Assembly (NCBI RefSeq): GCF_031769215.1
Contig: NW_026781862.1
Span: 434,001-498,000 of the forward strand
Source: Ylistrum balloti
Lineage: Eukaryota
Direction: 5' to 3'
DNA: 64,000 nucleotides
Below are positions 27,704-39,720 of the stretch, piece after piece. Each line of letters opens with the position of its first letter. The first letter of the stretch is position 1. The position numbers were made by a program, and so were the translations under genes. Below the pieces are notes generated by a model. That model worked only from the letters and a program-made list of their open reading frames with translations, searched no databases and had not been told where the DNA came from.

Positions 27704-28180
27704 ATATAACAATGATAAATATATATATAACAATGTATATATACTATGATAAATATATACATATGATAAATATATATATAACAATGATAAATATATATAT
27801 AAATATATATATAACAATGATAAATATATATAATATATATATAACAATGATAATATATATACAATGATAAATATATAACAATGATAAATATATATATAAA
27901 TATATATACATAACAATGATATATATATATATATAACAATGATAAATATATATATACAATGATAAATATATATATAACAATGATAAATATATACATAACA
28001 ATGATAAATATATATATAACAATGATAAATATATGATAAATATATATATAACAATGATAAATATATACATAACAATGATAAATATATACATAACAATGAT
28101 AAATATATATATACATAACAATGATAAATATATATATAACAATGATAAATATATATACATAACAATGATAAATATATATA
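27704..28180. repeat. AT-rich minisatellite (AACAATGATAA(AT)n), abutting the CA-like exon
   Basis: Read directly; source of ORFs 27584-28165. Confidence 0.95.
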
Positions 28181-28549
28181 TATTACATATATAATTGATA
28201 ACTATGTCCTGATGTTATTGAAGGGGGAGGGGTGTTAGCGATTTCATAAAAAGTAAATGATTTTAAGCATACTAATTTTCTAATTCAATAGCAAGAACAA
28301 ATATACATGGATTTTAATGTAATCGCACTAAAGAATATACGATCGTTGTAAAAGTGCATTAATATTGAGATAATGGGACAGAGCACAGATATTAAATCTT
28401 AACGATAGTTTTTGGAATGTATAACCAATTATATGAAGCTCAAGTTTCGTAAGATATGATATATATATATCTTCGTTTAAAAAATTGGAAGTACAAATTC
28501 TACTTTGTCAGAAATCGTGTTTCCTCTTAATATTTCCTCCAAGATATAC

Positions 28550-28683
28550 CTGCATAACGAACTGTCTCTTATTGTACAGATGGATGGTCGAGTTGTCCAT
28601 TAGCATAGTGATTTGGACAGCTTTGTATCTATTAGTAAGGCCACCTCCAGTCACGTACAGCTCGCCCTCCAGATCCATGGCGT
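28550..28683 (-). CDS. Carbonic-anhydrase-related gene, internal exon: (Y)AMDLEGELYVTGGGLTNRYKAVQITMLMDNSTIHLYNKRQFVMQ
   Basis: Acceptor ctgctctag, donor CAG|gtatat, phase 1 to 0; aligns with 'V.GGGL...YKA.QFHFHWG...SEH...G.RYPME'; the QFHFHWG position reads QITMLMD. Confidence 0.85.
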
Positions 28684-29273
28684 CTAGAGCAGATTATCAT
28701 CAATACAATAACTATCATGGTATCTATCGGGATAAATTAATGGACGAATAAATATGTTGTATATTGAAACTGTTATGATGTGATTAAAGTAAACATCGAT
28801 CTTATCACTTGTATAATAGGATAACACGACCAATTGATGTGATGTTTTACCAGGAAACGAATTCAACAGAAATTGTTTTAAATTTACGATAACATTATCA
28901 CAACGTCGTCTGGAAACATAAATTAAATGTGTAGTTATAGGCGTTAAACAATTAGAAACACGAAAAGACTCACATGACAACACGATAAGTCTTTAATCAA
29001 ACAGGTGATGTATTGTTAACAAGCTAAATTCTTTCTCATATTAAGGTTGACACACCGCAGAGAGGCGAGACCTAATATGATTTATAACAATGATATCTGG
29101 AGGATACAGCGTGCACCCCTGACACCGAAATTAACAACGTTTATTCCGTAATTGTCTCAACTTACAACTTGTTTAGGAAACTTTATCTACGTACTGTTTA
29201 AATTATCCTTGTTATATAAGAAAAGTCATCAAAATGTAGATATCGTCCAAAAATACGATATTCTAGATCTTAC

Positions 29274-29408
29274 ATCCTTCTGATGTTTTTCGTAGAACAA
29301 CGGTGGCATCGTCGAATCCTTCCAGTTTGAAGGACGTTGCTGCCTTATACTTTAGTGACGACCCTTCCGGTATGTTGACAGGGTAGTCCGTACTGCACGT
29401 GCCCTCAA
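29274..29408 (-). CDS. Carbonic-anhydrase-related gene, internal exon: (x)EGTCSTDYPVNIPEGSSLKYKAATSFKLEGFDDATVVLRKTSEG
   Basis: Acceptor ttcattgtacag, donor T|gtaaga, phase 1 to 1; 'C..DYPVNI' corresponds to alpha-CA 'C.G..QSPINI', and SEGY to NNGH. Confidence 0.8.
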
Positions 29409-29747
29409 CTGTACAATGAACAAACACAAGTTGAAAATTGAAGAGATAAAATTTGAATTAAAAATATTCTAGCAATAGGATTGGGCACAAGTTTTACAAC
29501 TTATATAAATCCCTTTTCAAACATGTTATTACACACACATTATATTTACAAGGTGGCAGTAGTATATGATAACAAGGAGAGATTATTCTTTAAAAGGCAA
29601 ATATTACAGTAAAAATCTAATATATGTTCCTTGCGAGATGATTGATTTGATTCCATTTTGACAAACACTAGAACTGGTGTAACATGTACTACATACAGTA
29701 AAAGGGGAATAACATCGAAGAGACAATGAGACAGATAACAAAATAAT

Positions 29748-29800
29748 AAGGGGGGTGGGGGTGGGGGGGGGGGGGGGGGTGGGGAGAGGGGAGGGGGCAT
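29748..29800 (+). repeat. Poly-G / G-run tract (G-quadruplex-capable)
   Basis: More than four runs of at least 3 G separated by 1-3 nt. Confidence 0.8.
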
Positions 29801-29944
29801 TGGCAAATAGTTTAATGGCTTTCAGAATTCTTCTTGTAAGATGATGATCTTGCCCTTTTTTTAATAATGTTAACCAAGGTTAGTTCATTTTCAAAAAGTT
29901 TAAACTGATTTTGTTTGGTTGTAGCCGCCTGTATATTTTGTCTA

Positions 29945-30910
29945 TATATCTCCTCCTCTATAACCCAGTCGTTACGTGTGATACATCCTTGTTACCAGTT
30001 GTCTCCCCCTACTATCCTCTATATTGATATCTATATATCTACTCCTCTATAACCCAGTCGTTACGTGTGATACATCCTTGTTACCAGTTGTCTCCCCCTG
30101 TATATTTTGTCCGTCTACTATCGTCTATATTGATATCTATACATATCCTCTATAACCCAGTCGTTACGTGTGATACATCCTTGTTACCAGTTGTCTCCCC
30201 CTGTATATTTTGTCCGTCTACTATCGTCTATATTGATATCTATACATATCCTCTATAACCCAGTCGTTACGTGTGATACATCCTTGTTACCAGTTGTCTC
30301 CCCCTGTATATTTTGTCCGTCTACTATCCTCTATATTGATATCTATATATATATAACCCAGTCGTTACGTGTGATACATCCTTGTTACCAGTTGTCTCCC
30401 CCTGTATATTTTGTCCGTCTACTATCGTCTATATTGATATCTATACATATCCTCTATAACCCAGTCGTTACGTGTGATACATCCTTGTTACCAGTTGTCT
30501 CCCCCTGTATATTTTGTCCGTCTACTATCCTCTATATTGATATCTATATATCTACTCCTCTATAACCCAGTCGTTACGTGTGATACATCCTTGTTACCAG
30601 TTGTCTCCCCCTGTATATTTTGTCCGTCTACTATCCTCTATATTGATATCTATACATATCCTCTATAACCCAGTCGTTACGTGTGATACATCCTTGTTAC
30701 CAGTTGTCTCCCCCTGTATATTTTGTCCGTCTACTATCCTCTATATTGATATCTATATATATCCTCTATAACCCAGTCGTTACGTGTGATACATTCTTGT
30801 CATCAGTTGTCTCCCCCTGTATATTTTGTCCGTCTACTATCCTCTATATTGATATCTATATATATCCTCTATAACCCTGTCGTTACGTGTGATACATCCT
30901 TGTTACCAGT
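29945..30910. repeat. Minisatellite, 103-bp unit, ~9 copies
   Basis: Repeated ORF starts 30067/30170 and 30580/30683 are 103 bp apart; unit TATAACCCAGTCGTTACGTGTGATACATCCTTGTTACCAGTTGTCTCCCCC... Confidence 0.96.
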
Positions 30911-31061
30911 TGACTTCCCCTGTGTATTCTGAACTGTGCTGCTCTCTTTCCGTATATTGATCTTTTGTAGTTGCTGTCTGGTTTCAGTGGTGATGGAGCA
31001 CACATCTTTCGGTATATTGTAAGCTGTTGTGTACAGTTTTGCCAATAGTTGCCAGACATAT
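30907..31061 (-). CDS. Candidate upstream exon of the CA-related gene: YVWQLLAKLYTTAYNIPKDVCSITTETRQQLQKINIRKESSTVQNTQGKST
   Basis: AG/GT boundaries (tattacag; G|gtaaca), open frame ending in phase 1, compatible with exon 29408; no recognisable homology or signal peptide. Confidence 0.3.
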
Positions 31062-31439
31062 CTGTAATATTCCGGTATTGTTCGGAACATTTCGGCACAC
31101 AGTGTATTTTAATATCTAAACATTCTGTTTGCTGAAATATATTAGCATGTTTTACTGAAAGTCTAGGCGAGATAAGAAAAAAAAACATCGTTCCTATCTT
31201 AATTTTCATAGAACTTAACATCTTAGAACATCATATTGATTGTTTCATTCATTTAGCTATGGACGATACAGATAAGTTCTCCTGACAGCGGAAAACGAAA
31301 GTAGAATTGATATGTACAAGTCGTTTAAAAATTGTATTATCATTTTTCAAATGTTTCATATAGACAGACTATTTATATAATAAACAGTTGATTTATTTCA
31401 AAATTCTCAAATAATGCAGAAAGTTATTTACAATAGCCT

Positions 31440-32395
31440 TCTCAGTGTTGTTGGAATGACTGACACAATTGTATAATGGGTATACAATGTAACAGAGTGA
31501 GGTGTCATTATACTTGTCCGGGTTATGACATTATAGTCCGTAGTCAGTATAATGTAACAGAGTGAGGTGTCATTATACTTGTCCGGGTTATGGCATTTTA
31601 GTCCGTAGTCAGTATAACGTAACAGGGTGAGGTATAATGGTAAGTGTCTGGTTTTGACATTTTAGTCCGTAGTCGGTATGATGTTACAGGGTGAGGTGTC
31701 ATGCTACGTGTCTGAGATGACATTATAGTCCGTAGTCAGTATAATGTAATAGGGTGAGGTGTCATGCTACGTGTCTGGTTATGACATTTTAGTCGGTAGT
31801 CAGTATAATGTTACAGGGTGAGGTGTCATGCTACGTGTCTGGGATGACATTATAGTCCGTAGTCAGTATAATGTAACAGGGTGAGGTGTCATGCTACGTG
31901 TCCGGGTTATGACATTTTAGTCCGTAGTCAGTATAATGTAACAGGGTGAGGTGTCATGCTATGTGTCTGGTTATGACATTTTAGTCCGTAGTCAGTATAA
32001 TGTTACAGGGTGAGGTGTCATGCTACGTGTCTGGGATGACATTATAGTCCGTAGTCAGTATAATGTTACAGGGTGAGGTGTCTATGATGACATTATAGTC
32101 CGTAGTCAGTATGTTACAGGGTGAGGTGATGCTACATTATAGTCCGTAGTCAGTATAATGTTACAGGGTGAGGTGTCATGCTACGTGTCTGGTTATGACA
32201 TTTTAGTCCGTAGTCAGTATAATGTTACAGGGTGAGGTGTCATGCTACGTGTCTGGGATGACATTATAGTCCGTAGTCAGTATAATGTAACAGGGTGAGG
32301 TGTCATGCTACGTGTCTGGTTATGACATTTTAGTCCATAGTCAGTATAATGTAACATGGTGAGGTGTCATGGTACTTGTCCGGGTTATGACAATT
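31440..32395. repeat. Minisatellite, 63-65-bp unit (GTATAATGTAACAGGGTGAGGTGTCATGCTACGTGTCTGGTTATGACATTTTAGTCCGTAGTCA)
   Basis: Tandem periodicity read directly. Confidence 0.95.
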
Positions 32396-34239
32396 CAGTA
32401 TGATGACGCTATAAAAGGGCTAATCAGTGACTTGGCTCGACATTGTACCGACTCTGTATGACTAAAGCTGTTTCAAGTGTATAAACACATAACAACATTT
32501 TGTACACAGCTGTACCAGGAATAATTACATGTAAAGTTTGATTACTCCACTAATATCTGTAATGATATGCTATAGAGAAAGATATTCTGGATATAGAGCA
32601 AGGTGTTTGTGTATTTATATACAAACCAATAGTTCTGCTGCATTAATTGATTTTCTCAATTATCCCAAATACATGTCCACCTAAACTTGATAAACGTGCT
32701 CATGTGTTGATTTATCAATAGATACTCAAACGTGACATGTTAATCATGGGATTTTTTTAAGTAATCATACATTTCGTAAGTATCTGTTATATTAGCAGAA
32801 AAATTTCTTCAAACAGAATCAAAGATATCAATGTAAGGAACATATCAGATGATTAAAATATTACAACAGATTTTAAATAAATTTCAAAATTTGATATTTC
32901 GTTCCTGATATATTATAAATTAATTCCCTAAAATCCTGGACTGGGTTATGGGACCATGGCCGAGATCGGGTACGGCGTACAGCATATTCTACGAAGTACG
33001 AGGCACCATCCTATCGTAGATCATTCTGTGTGGACACGGTCATTGGTGCCGTATACCACCCACAAGCGGTTTCGGCATATCTATTGAGGTATCCATTAGA
33101 GGCGGGGGTGGAGGGTGGGGGATGGGGGACGTTTGATTAAAGCTGTTACAAGTGTACAGGACAGAGAAATCTCTACCTAGCCAATTCCGAATTTGTCGGA
33201 CCAAAGCTTGGGCAATATCCGGCCAATCTCCTTCATCGAACATTCATTAAAAAGATAATTAAATAGGTAACAATATATGTGTTACTAACATCTAGCTCCT
33301 TAGAATATAGAAAAACAAAATAAGGTAAAAAAAAAATGGGAATGCGTGCCAAGTCCCTGTACTCATAACGAAATAAGTACGTAACGTTTGCCACTACAAG
33401 GCAACTTTCCGACATTGGTATTTAAGCATTAATGATTGATTAAATTTTGTCGGCTATGAAAGGTTACACAATTCAAATATCGCGAGTGTAGTGTGCTACG
33501 ACCAAACCTTCAGGAAAACTAATTTGAGTACAGGATAGTAACACATAACGCCGAGCCCAAGTAGTGTTTCAGTTCCATCGATCGGAAGTCGAGACAGAGC
33601 GAAATGATTTACAGGGACAACGCTTCTTCTGAAGCACGGCTTATTTGGTCTCACTATGAAAAGCAACTTTTTGTGAAGAGTGACGCGCTGTACATTAACC
33701 TTTATTGAACAAGTTCCATCTGTATATGACTCCCATGGTTACAGCGATACCGGAGATTGTTACCATGGCATCGGGTGTAAAACACAGTCAATATGCAATG
33801 TTTTAGACCTCCCCTCATGTATATTTGATATTTTATTAACTATTACACAATTATTAACATCCACAGAGGTCGATATAGTGGCCATATTATCACGGAGAAG
33901 ATTATTATCCACGAGACAGAAGCAGTGGGAAATATTACTTTAATGCCTGACAAAAGACTCAAGATACCTAACAGTAATAATTTATGCGTCAACTGAAGAT
34001 GATGGGCTTGTTAATTGTTATCCAAAAATATTTCATTGGGAAGTGAATCTCGTTTTTAACGGAAAATAAAAAACTAAAATTTCAATGGAAAATGAAAATT
34101 TCAAATTTTCAAAAACATATTTAGAAAATGAATCCTTTCAAAAGAAAAAAGAAAAAAAAATAACAAATATGTCAACAAAATTATAATCCAAACTCAATTT
34201 CAATAAAAATAGGGCAAAATAGGAGCAAAAGAAAGATTC

Positions 34240-34990
34240 ACATGGATAAAATAAGACCAGGTGTTCCGGAAGAGTAAGCGTCTTCTACTTCATCGAGGAA
34301 ACTCACCATGTAAAAGTTGGTCAAGTAAGTATTGTCACATTCTTAAATGAGAACAAGGTATTCATCAACGGAACCACAAACAAACTAATGAGTATAAGTT
34401 TCATATCAAACAAAGAAATAGAATATTTCTCAATTATATCACTATGACGACTGTAAAACCTCCCTATAATTCTCATCAACCTGCATCTTTTATCTTTTGA
34501 AATCCTGTGTTACGAGCTTGTCGGTCAAATGACGACTTCTTGATCGGAAAATTGTGATAAATGGAACAGAACTTGAATATCGAAATAAGTGCGACATGTA
34601 AACACCATAGGTTTGGGACGCAGGAATGTTGCTAACCAGAAATGGAATAGAAATTTTGCGATAGTGGAATTGAAATTATCACGCTTATCATACAGCTTGG
34701 TGGAAAGCTGTCCATGTTAGTTTCGTCGGTGGTAGGAAAAGAATTCGAGATGAGCGACTGACGTATAAGAGTTTATCGTGTTTTGATTTCCAATTCCAGT
34801 GAGTGGGTATATATGATAGGCGTGGTCAATAAATTTCTTGTTATCGACAAGACATTATCGATATATCTGCAAGTGAATTTAATGAAACGTAACTTACACG
34901 GACCCTTATATTTCACAGATGAAAAATTTACTTCGATATACATTTTCACAGAGGCGGAGGTTCCCATTACGTAACTACATTTAATATTGA
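34240..34990 (-). mobile_element. Penelope-like element 3' fragment (RT core end, thumb, 3' tail), decayed
   Basis: ORF 34773..34967: KFTCRYIDNVLSI...IYTHSLELEIK (YIDD-type motif); further on RLMRIIGRFYSRHSDII; tail GACCAGGTGTTCCGGAAGAGTAAGCG shared with ~6490 and 51400-51437. Confidence 0.85.
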
Positions 34991-35204
34991 CCTAGCGGAT
35001 TGGAGTTTTTCTATCGCTGCAATCAACTTTGAAGGAGGTGCCTCAATGGCAGAAAAAGGTATTTGTTTGTTACGACTTTGCTTCACATACTAAAGTAATT
35101 TCAAATTTGCTGAATTCCAAAATTGTATTTTTGTATGTTCCATATAATGTAAGGAAAAAATAAATAACAAGTAAAAATATATCAATAAACCCTTTGCGTC
35201 TTAT

Positions 35205-37995
35205 GCCCTGTACTCGCCCCTAAAATCAAGGTCACTTCCTATCCCTATATTCACCCCTAATATTAAGGTCACTTCCTATCCCTGTATTCTCCCCTAAAAT
35301 TAAGGTCACTTCCTATCCCTGTATTCACCCCTAAAATCAAGGTCACTTCCTATCCCTGTTTTCTCCCCTAAAATTAAGGTCACTTCCTATCCCTGTATTA
35401 TCCCCTAAAATCAAGGTCACTTCCTATCCCTATATTCACCCCTAATATTAAGGTCACTTCCTATCCCTATATTCACCCCTAATATTAAGGTCACTTCCTA
35501 TCCCTGTTTTCTCCCCTAAAATAAAGGTCACTTCCTATCCCTGTTTTCTCCCCTAAAATCAAGGTCACTTCCTATCCCTGTATTCTCCCCTAGAATTAAG
35601 GTCACTTCCTATCCCTGTTTTCTCCCCTAAAATTAAGGTCACTACCTATCCCTGTTTTCTCCCCTGAAATAAAGGTCACTTCCTATCCCTGTATTCTCCC
35701 CTAAAATTAAGGTCACTTCCTATCCCTGTATTTTCCCCTAAAATCAAGGTCACTTCCTATCCCTATATTCTCCCCTAAAATTAAGGTCACTTCCTATCCC
35801 TGTTTTCTCCCCTAAAATTAAGGTCACTTCCTATCCCTATATTCTTCCCTAAAATCAAGGTCACTTCCTATCCCTGTATTTTCCCCTAAAATCAAGGTCA
35901 CTTCCTATCCCTATATTCTCCCCTAAAATTAAGGTCACTTCCTATCCCTGTTTTCTCCCCTAAAATTAAGGTCACTTCCTATCCCTGCTTTCTCCCTTAA
36001 AATTAAGGTCACTTCCTATCCCTATATTCTTCCCTAAAATTAAGGTCACTTCCTATCCCTGCCTTCTCCCTTAAAATTAAGGTCACTTCCTATCCCTGCT
36101 TTCTCCCTTAAAATTAAGGTCACTTCCTATCCCTGCTTTCTCCCTTAAAATTAAGGTCACTTCCTATCCCTATATTCTTTTCTAAAATTAAGGTCACTTC
36201 CTATCCCTGTCTTATCCCCTAAAATTAAGGTCACTTCCTATCCCTATATTCTTCCCTAAAATCAAGGTCACTTCCTATCCCTATATTCTCCCCAAAAAAT
36301 AAGGTCACTTCCTATTCCTGTATTATCCCCTAAAATCAATGCTACTTCCTATCCCTATATTCTCCCCTAAAATTAAGGTCACTTCCTATCCCTGTATTCT
36401 CCCCTAAAATTAAGGTCACTTCCTAAAATAAAGGTCACTTCCTATCCCTGTCGTATCCCCTAAAATCAAGGTCACTTCCTATCCCTGTATTCTCCCCTAA
36501 AATCAAGGTCACTTCCTATCCCTGTATTCTCCCCTAAAATTAAGGTCACTTCCTATCCCTGTTTTCTCCCCTAAAATTAAGGTCACTTCCTATCCCTGTT
36601 TTCTCCCCTAAAATAAAGGTCACTTCCTATCCCTGTATTCTCCCCTAAAATCAAGGTCACTTCCTATCCCTGTTTTCTCCCCTAAAATTAAGGTCACTTC
36701 CTATCCCTGTTTTCTCCCCTAAAATTAAGGTCACTTCCTATCCCTATATTCTTCCCTAAAATTAAGCTCACTTCCTAACCCTATATTCTTCCCTAAAATC
36801 AAGGTCACTTCCTATCCCTGTTTTCTCCCCTAAAATCAAGGTCACTTCCTAACCCTATATTCTTCCCTAAAATCAAGGTCACTTCCTATCCCTGTTTTCT
36901 CCCCTAAAATTAAGGTCACTTCCTATCCCTATATTCTCCCCTAAAATTAAGGTCACTTCCTATCCCTGTATTCTCCCCTAAAATTAAGGTCACTTCCTAT
37001 CCCTGTTTTCTCCCCTAAAATAAAGGTCACTTCCTATCCCTGTATTATCCCCTAAAATCAATGCTACTTCCTATCCCTGTATTCTCCCCTAAAATTAAGG
37101 TCACTTCCTATCCCTGTTATCTCCCCTAAAATTAAGGTCACTTCCTATCCCTGCTTTCTCCCCTAAAATTAAGGTCACTTCCTATCCCTATATTCTCCCC
37201 TAAAATTAAGGTCACTTCCTATCCCTGTTTTCTCCCCTAAAATTAAGGTCACTTCCTATCCCTGCTTTCTCCCTTAAAATTAAGGTCACTTCCTATCCCT
37301 ATATTCTTCCCTAAAATTAAGGTCACTTCCTATCCCTGCTTTCTCCCTTAAAATTAAGGTCACTTCCTATCCCTGTTTTCTCCCCTAAAATTAAGGTCAC
37401 TTCCTATCCCTGTTTTCTACCCTAAAATCAAGGTCACTTCCTAACCCTATATTCTTCCCTAAAATCAAGGTCACTTCCTATCCCTGTTTTCTCCCCTAAA
37501 ATCAAGGTCACTTCCTAACCCTATATTCTTCCCTAAAATCAAGGTCACTTCCTATCCCTGTTTTCTCCCCTAAAATTAAGGTCACTTCCTATCCCTATAT
37601 TCTCCCCTAAAATTAAGGTCACTTCCTATCCCTGTATTCTCCCCTAAAATAAAGGTCACTTCCTATCCCTGTATTATCCCCTAAAATCAATGCTACTTCC
37701 TATCCCTGTATTCTCCCCTAAAATTAAGGTCACTTCCTATCCCTGTTATCTCCCCTAAAATAAAGGTCACTTCCTATCCCTGTATTATCCCCTAAAATTA
37801 AGGTCACTTCCTATCCCTGTATTATCCCCTAAAATCAAGGTCACTTCCTATCCCTGTATTCTCCCCTAAAATCAAGGTCACTTCCTATCCCTGTTTTCTC
37901 CCCTAAAATTGAGGTCACTTCCTATCGCTGTTTTCTCCCCTAAAATTAATGCTACTTCCTATCCCTATATTCTCCCCTAAAATTAAGGTCACTCT
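35205..37995. repeat. Minisatellite, 37-bp unit (CCCCTAAAATTAAGGTCACTTCCTATCCCTGTATTCT), ~75 copies
   Basis: Tandem periodicity; strongly C-rich plus strand. Confidence 0.98.
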
Positions 37996-38419
37996 CTTTG
38001 CCGTGTATTCTCCCGTTAAATACAATTCCCGTGTTCTGCTTTTCAATCATATAATATTATAGGATATATAAAAACTTTCTATACAATTGACATTTTGTTT
38101 ATGTTTTCTTCTCCCTATCATTCATCTGACAGGTTCCAGTAAGTATTCTTTGCTCACACTTGACCTATAACCTATAACAGAACGTGTTTGGTTTTGCAAC
38201 ACACCAAACATCCCAACTTGCTACGTCACAGTACCGGAAGCTGGTGGTGTATACATACCGGAACATAGACATATGTAATATACTGAGCTCAGGAAATGAT
38301 CTGACGTTTAAGGGAGAGAGAGCAATGACCTTCTTATTTAAAATCATTTGTCAGAGTGGAAGGTAACGTAAAGATAACACGAGGCAATAGCATCATTTGT
38401 AGAAGAGATTTTAGTATTA

Positions 38420-39720
38420 GATACACGAGACAGGCAGTGATTAAGAAAGTATTAGAGACACGTGACAGACAGTGATCAATTTAGTAGAAGAGACACGAGA
38501 CAGACAGTGATCAATTTAGTAGGAGAGACACGAGACAGACAGTGATCAATTTAGTAGGAGAGACACGAGACAGACAATGATCAATTAAGTAGGAGAGACA
38601 CGAGACAGACAGTGATCAATTTAGTAGGAGAGACACGAGACAGGACAGACAGTGATCAATTTAGTAGGAGAGACACGAGACAGACAATGATCAATTAAGT
38701 AGGAGAGACACGAGACAGGACAGTGATCAATTTAGTAGGAGAGACACGAGACAGGACAGTGATCAATTTAGTAGGAGAGACACGAGACAGACATTAATCA
38801 ATTTAGTAGGAGAGACACGAGACAGACAGTGATCAATTTAGTAGGAGAGACACGAGACAGACAATGATCAATTAAGTAGGAGAGACACGAGACAGACAGT
38901 GATCAATTTAGTAGGAGAGACACGAGACAGGACAGACAGTGATCAATTTAGTAGGAGAGACACGAGACAGACAATGTTATCTATTTATTAGGTGTGACAC
39001 GAGACAGGACAGTGATCATTTTAGTAGGAGAGACACGAGACAGGACAGTGATCAATTTAGTAGGAGAGACACGAGACAGACATTAATCAATTTAGTAGGA
39101 GAGACACGAGACAGACAGTGATCAATTTAGTAGGAGAGACACGAGACAGACAATGATCAATTAAGTAGGAGAGACACGAGAAAGACAGTGATCAATTTAG
39201 TAGGAGAGACACGAGACAGGACAGACAGTGATCAATTTAGTAGGAGAGACGAGACTGACAGTGATCAATTTAGTAAGAGAGACACGAGACAGACATTGAT
39301 CAATTTAGTAGGAGAGACAAGAGACAGACAGTGATCAATTTAGTAGGAGAGACACAGACAGTGATCAATTTAGTAGGAGAGACACGAGACAGACATTGAT
39401 CAATTTAGTAGGAGAGACACGAGACAGACAGTGATCAATTTAGTGGAGAGACGCGAGACAGACAAAGATCAATTATGTGAAGAGACGCGAGACAGGAAGT
39501 GATCAATTTAGTAGAAGAGACACAAAACAATGATCAATTTAGTGGGGAGACACGAGACAGGCAGCGATCAATTTAGTAGAAAAGACACGAGACAGACAAT
39601 GATCAATTTAGTAGAAGAGACACGAGAAAGACAGTGATCAATTTAGTGGAGAGACATGAGACAAACAATGATCAATTTAGTGGGGAGACATGAGACAGGT
39701 AGCGATCAATTTAGTGGAGA
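38420..39720. repeat. Minisatellite, 35-bp unit A (GTGATCAATTTAGTAGGAGAGACACGAGACAGACA)
   Basis: Tandem periodicity read directly. Confidence 0.96.

Noticed and set aside
32930-33260. GC-rich patch with LINE-like peptides (VIGAVYHP; PIPN...NIRPISF) and a G-run
   Set aside because: Motifs are too short, and too close together for endonuclease and RT domains of a CR1/L2 element; cannot support a call
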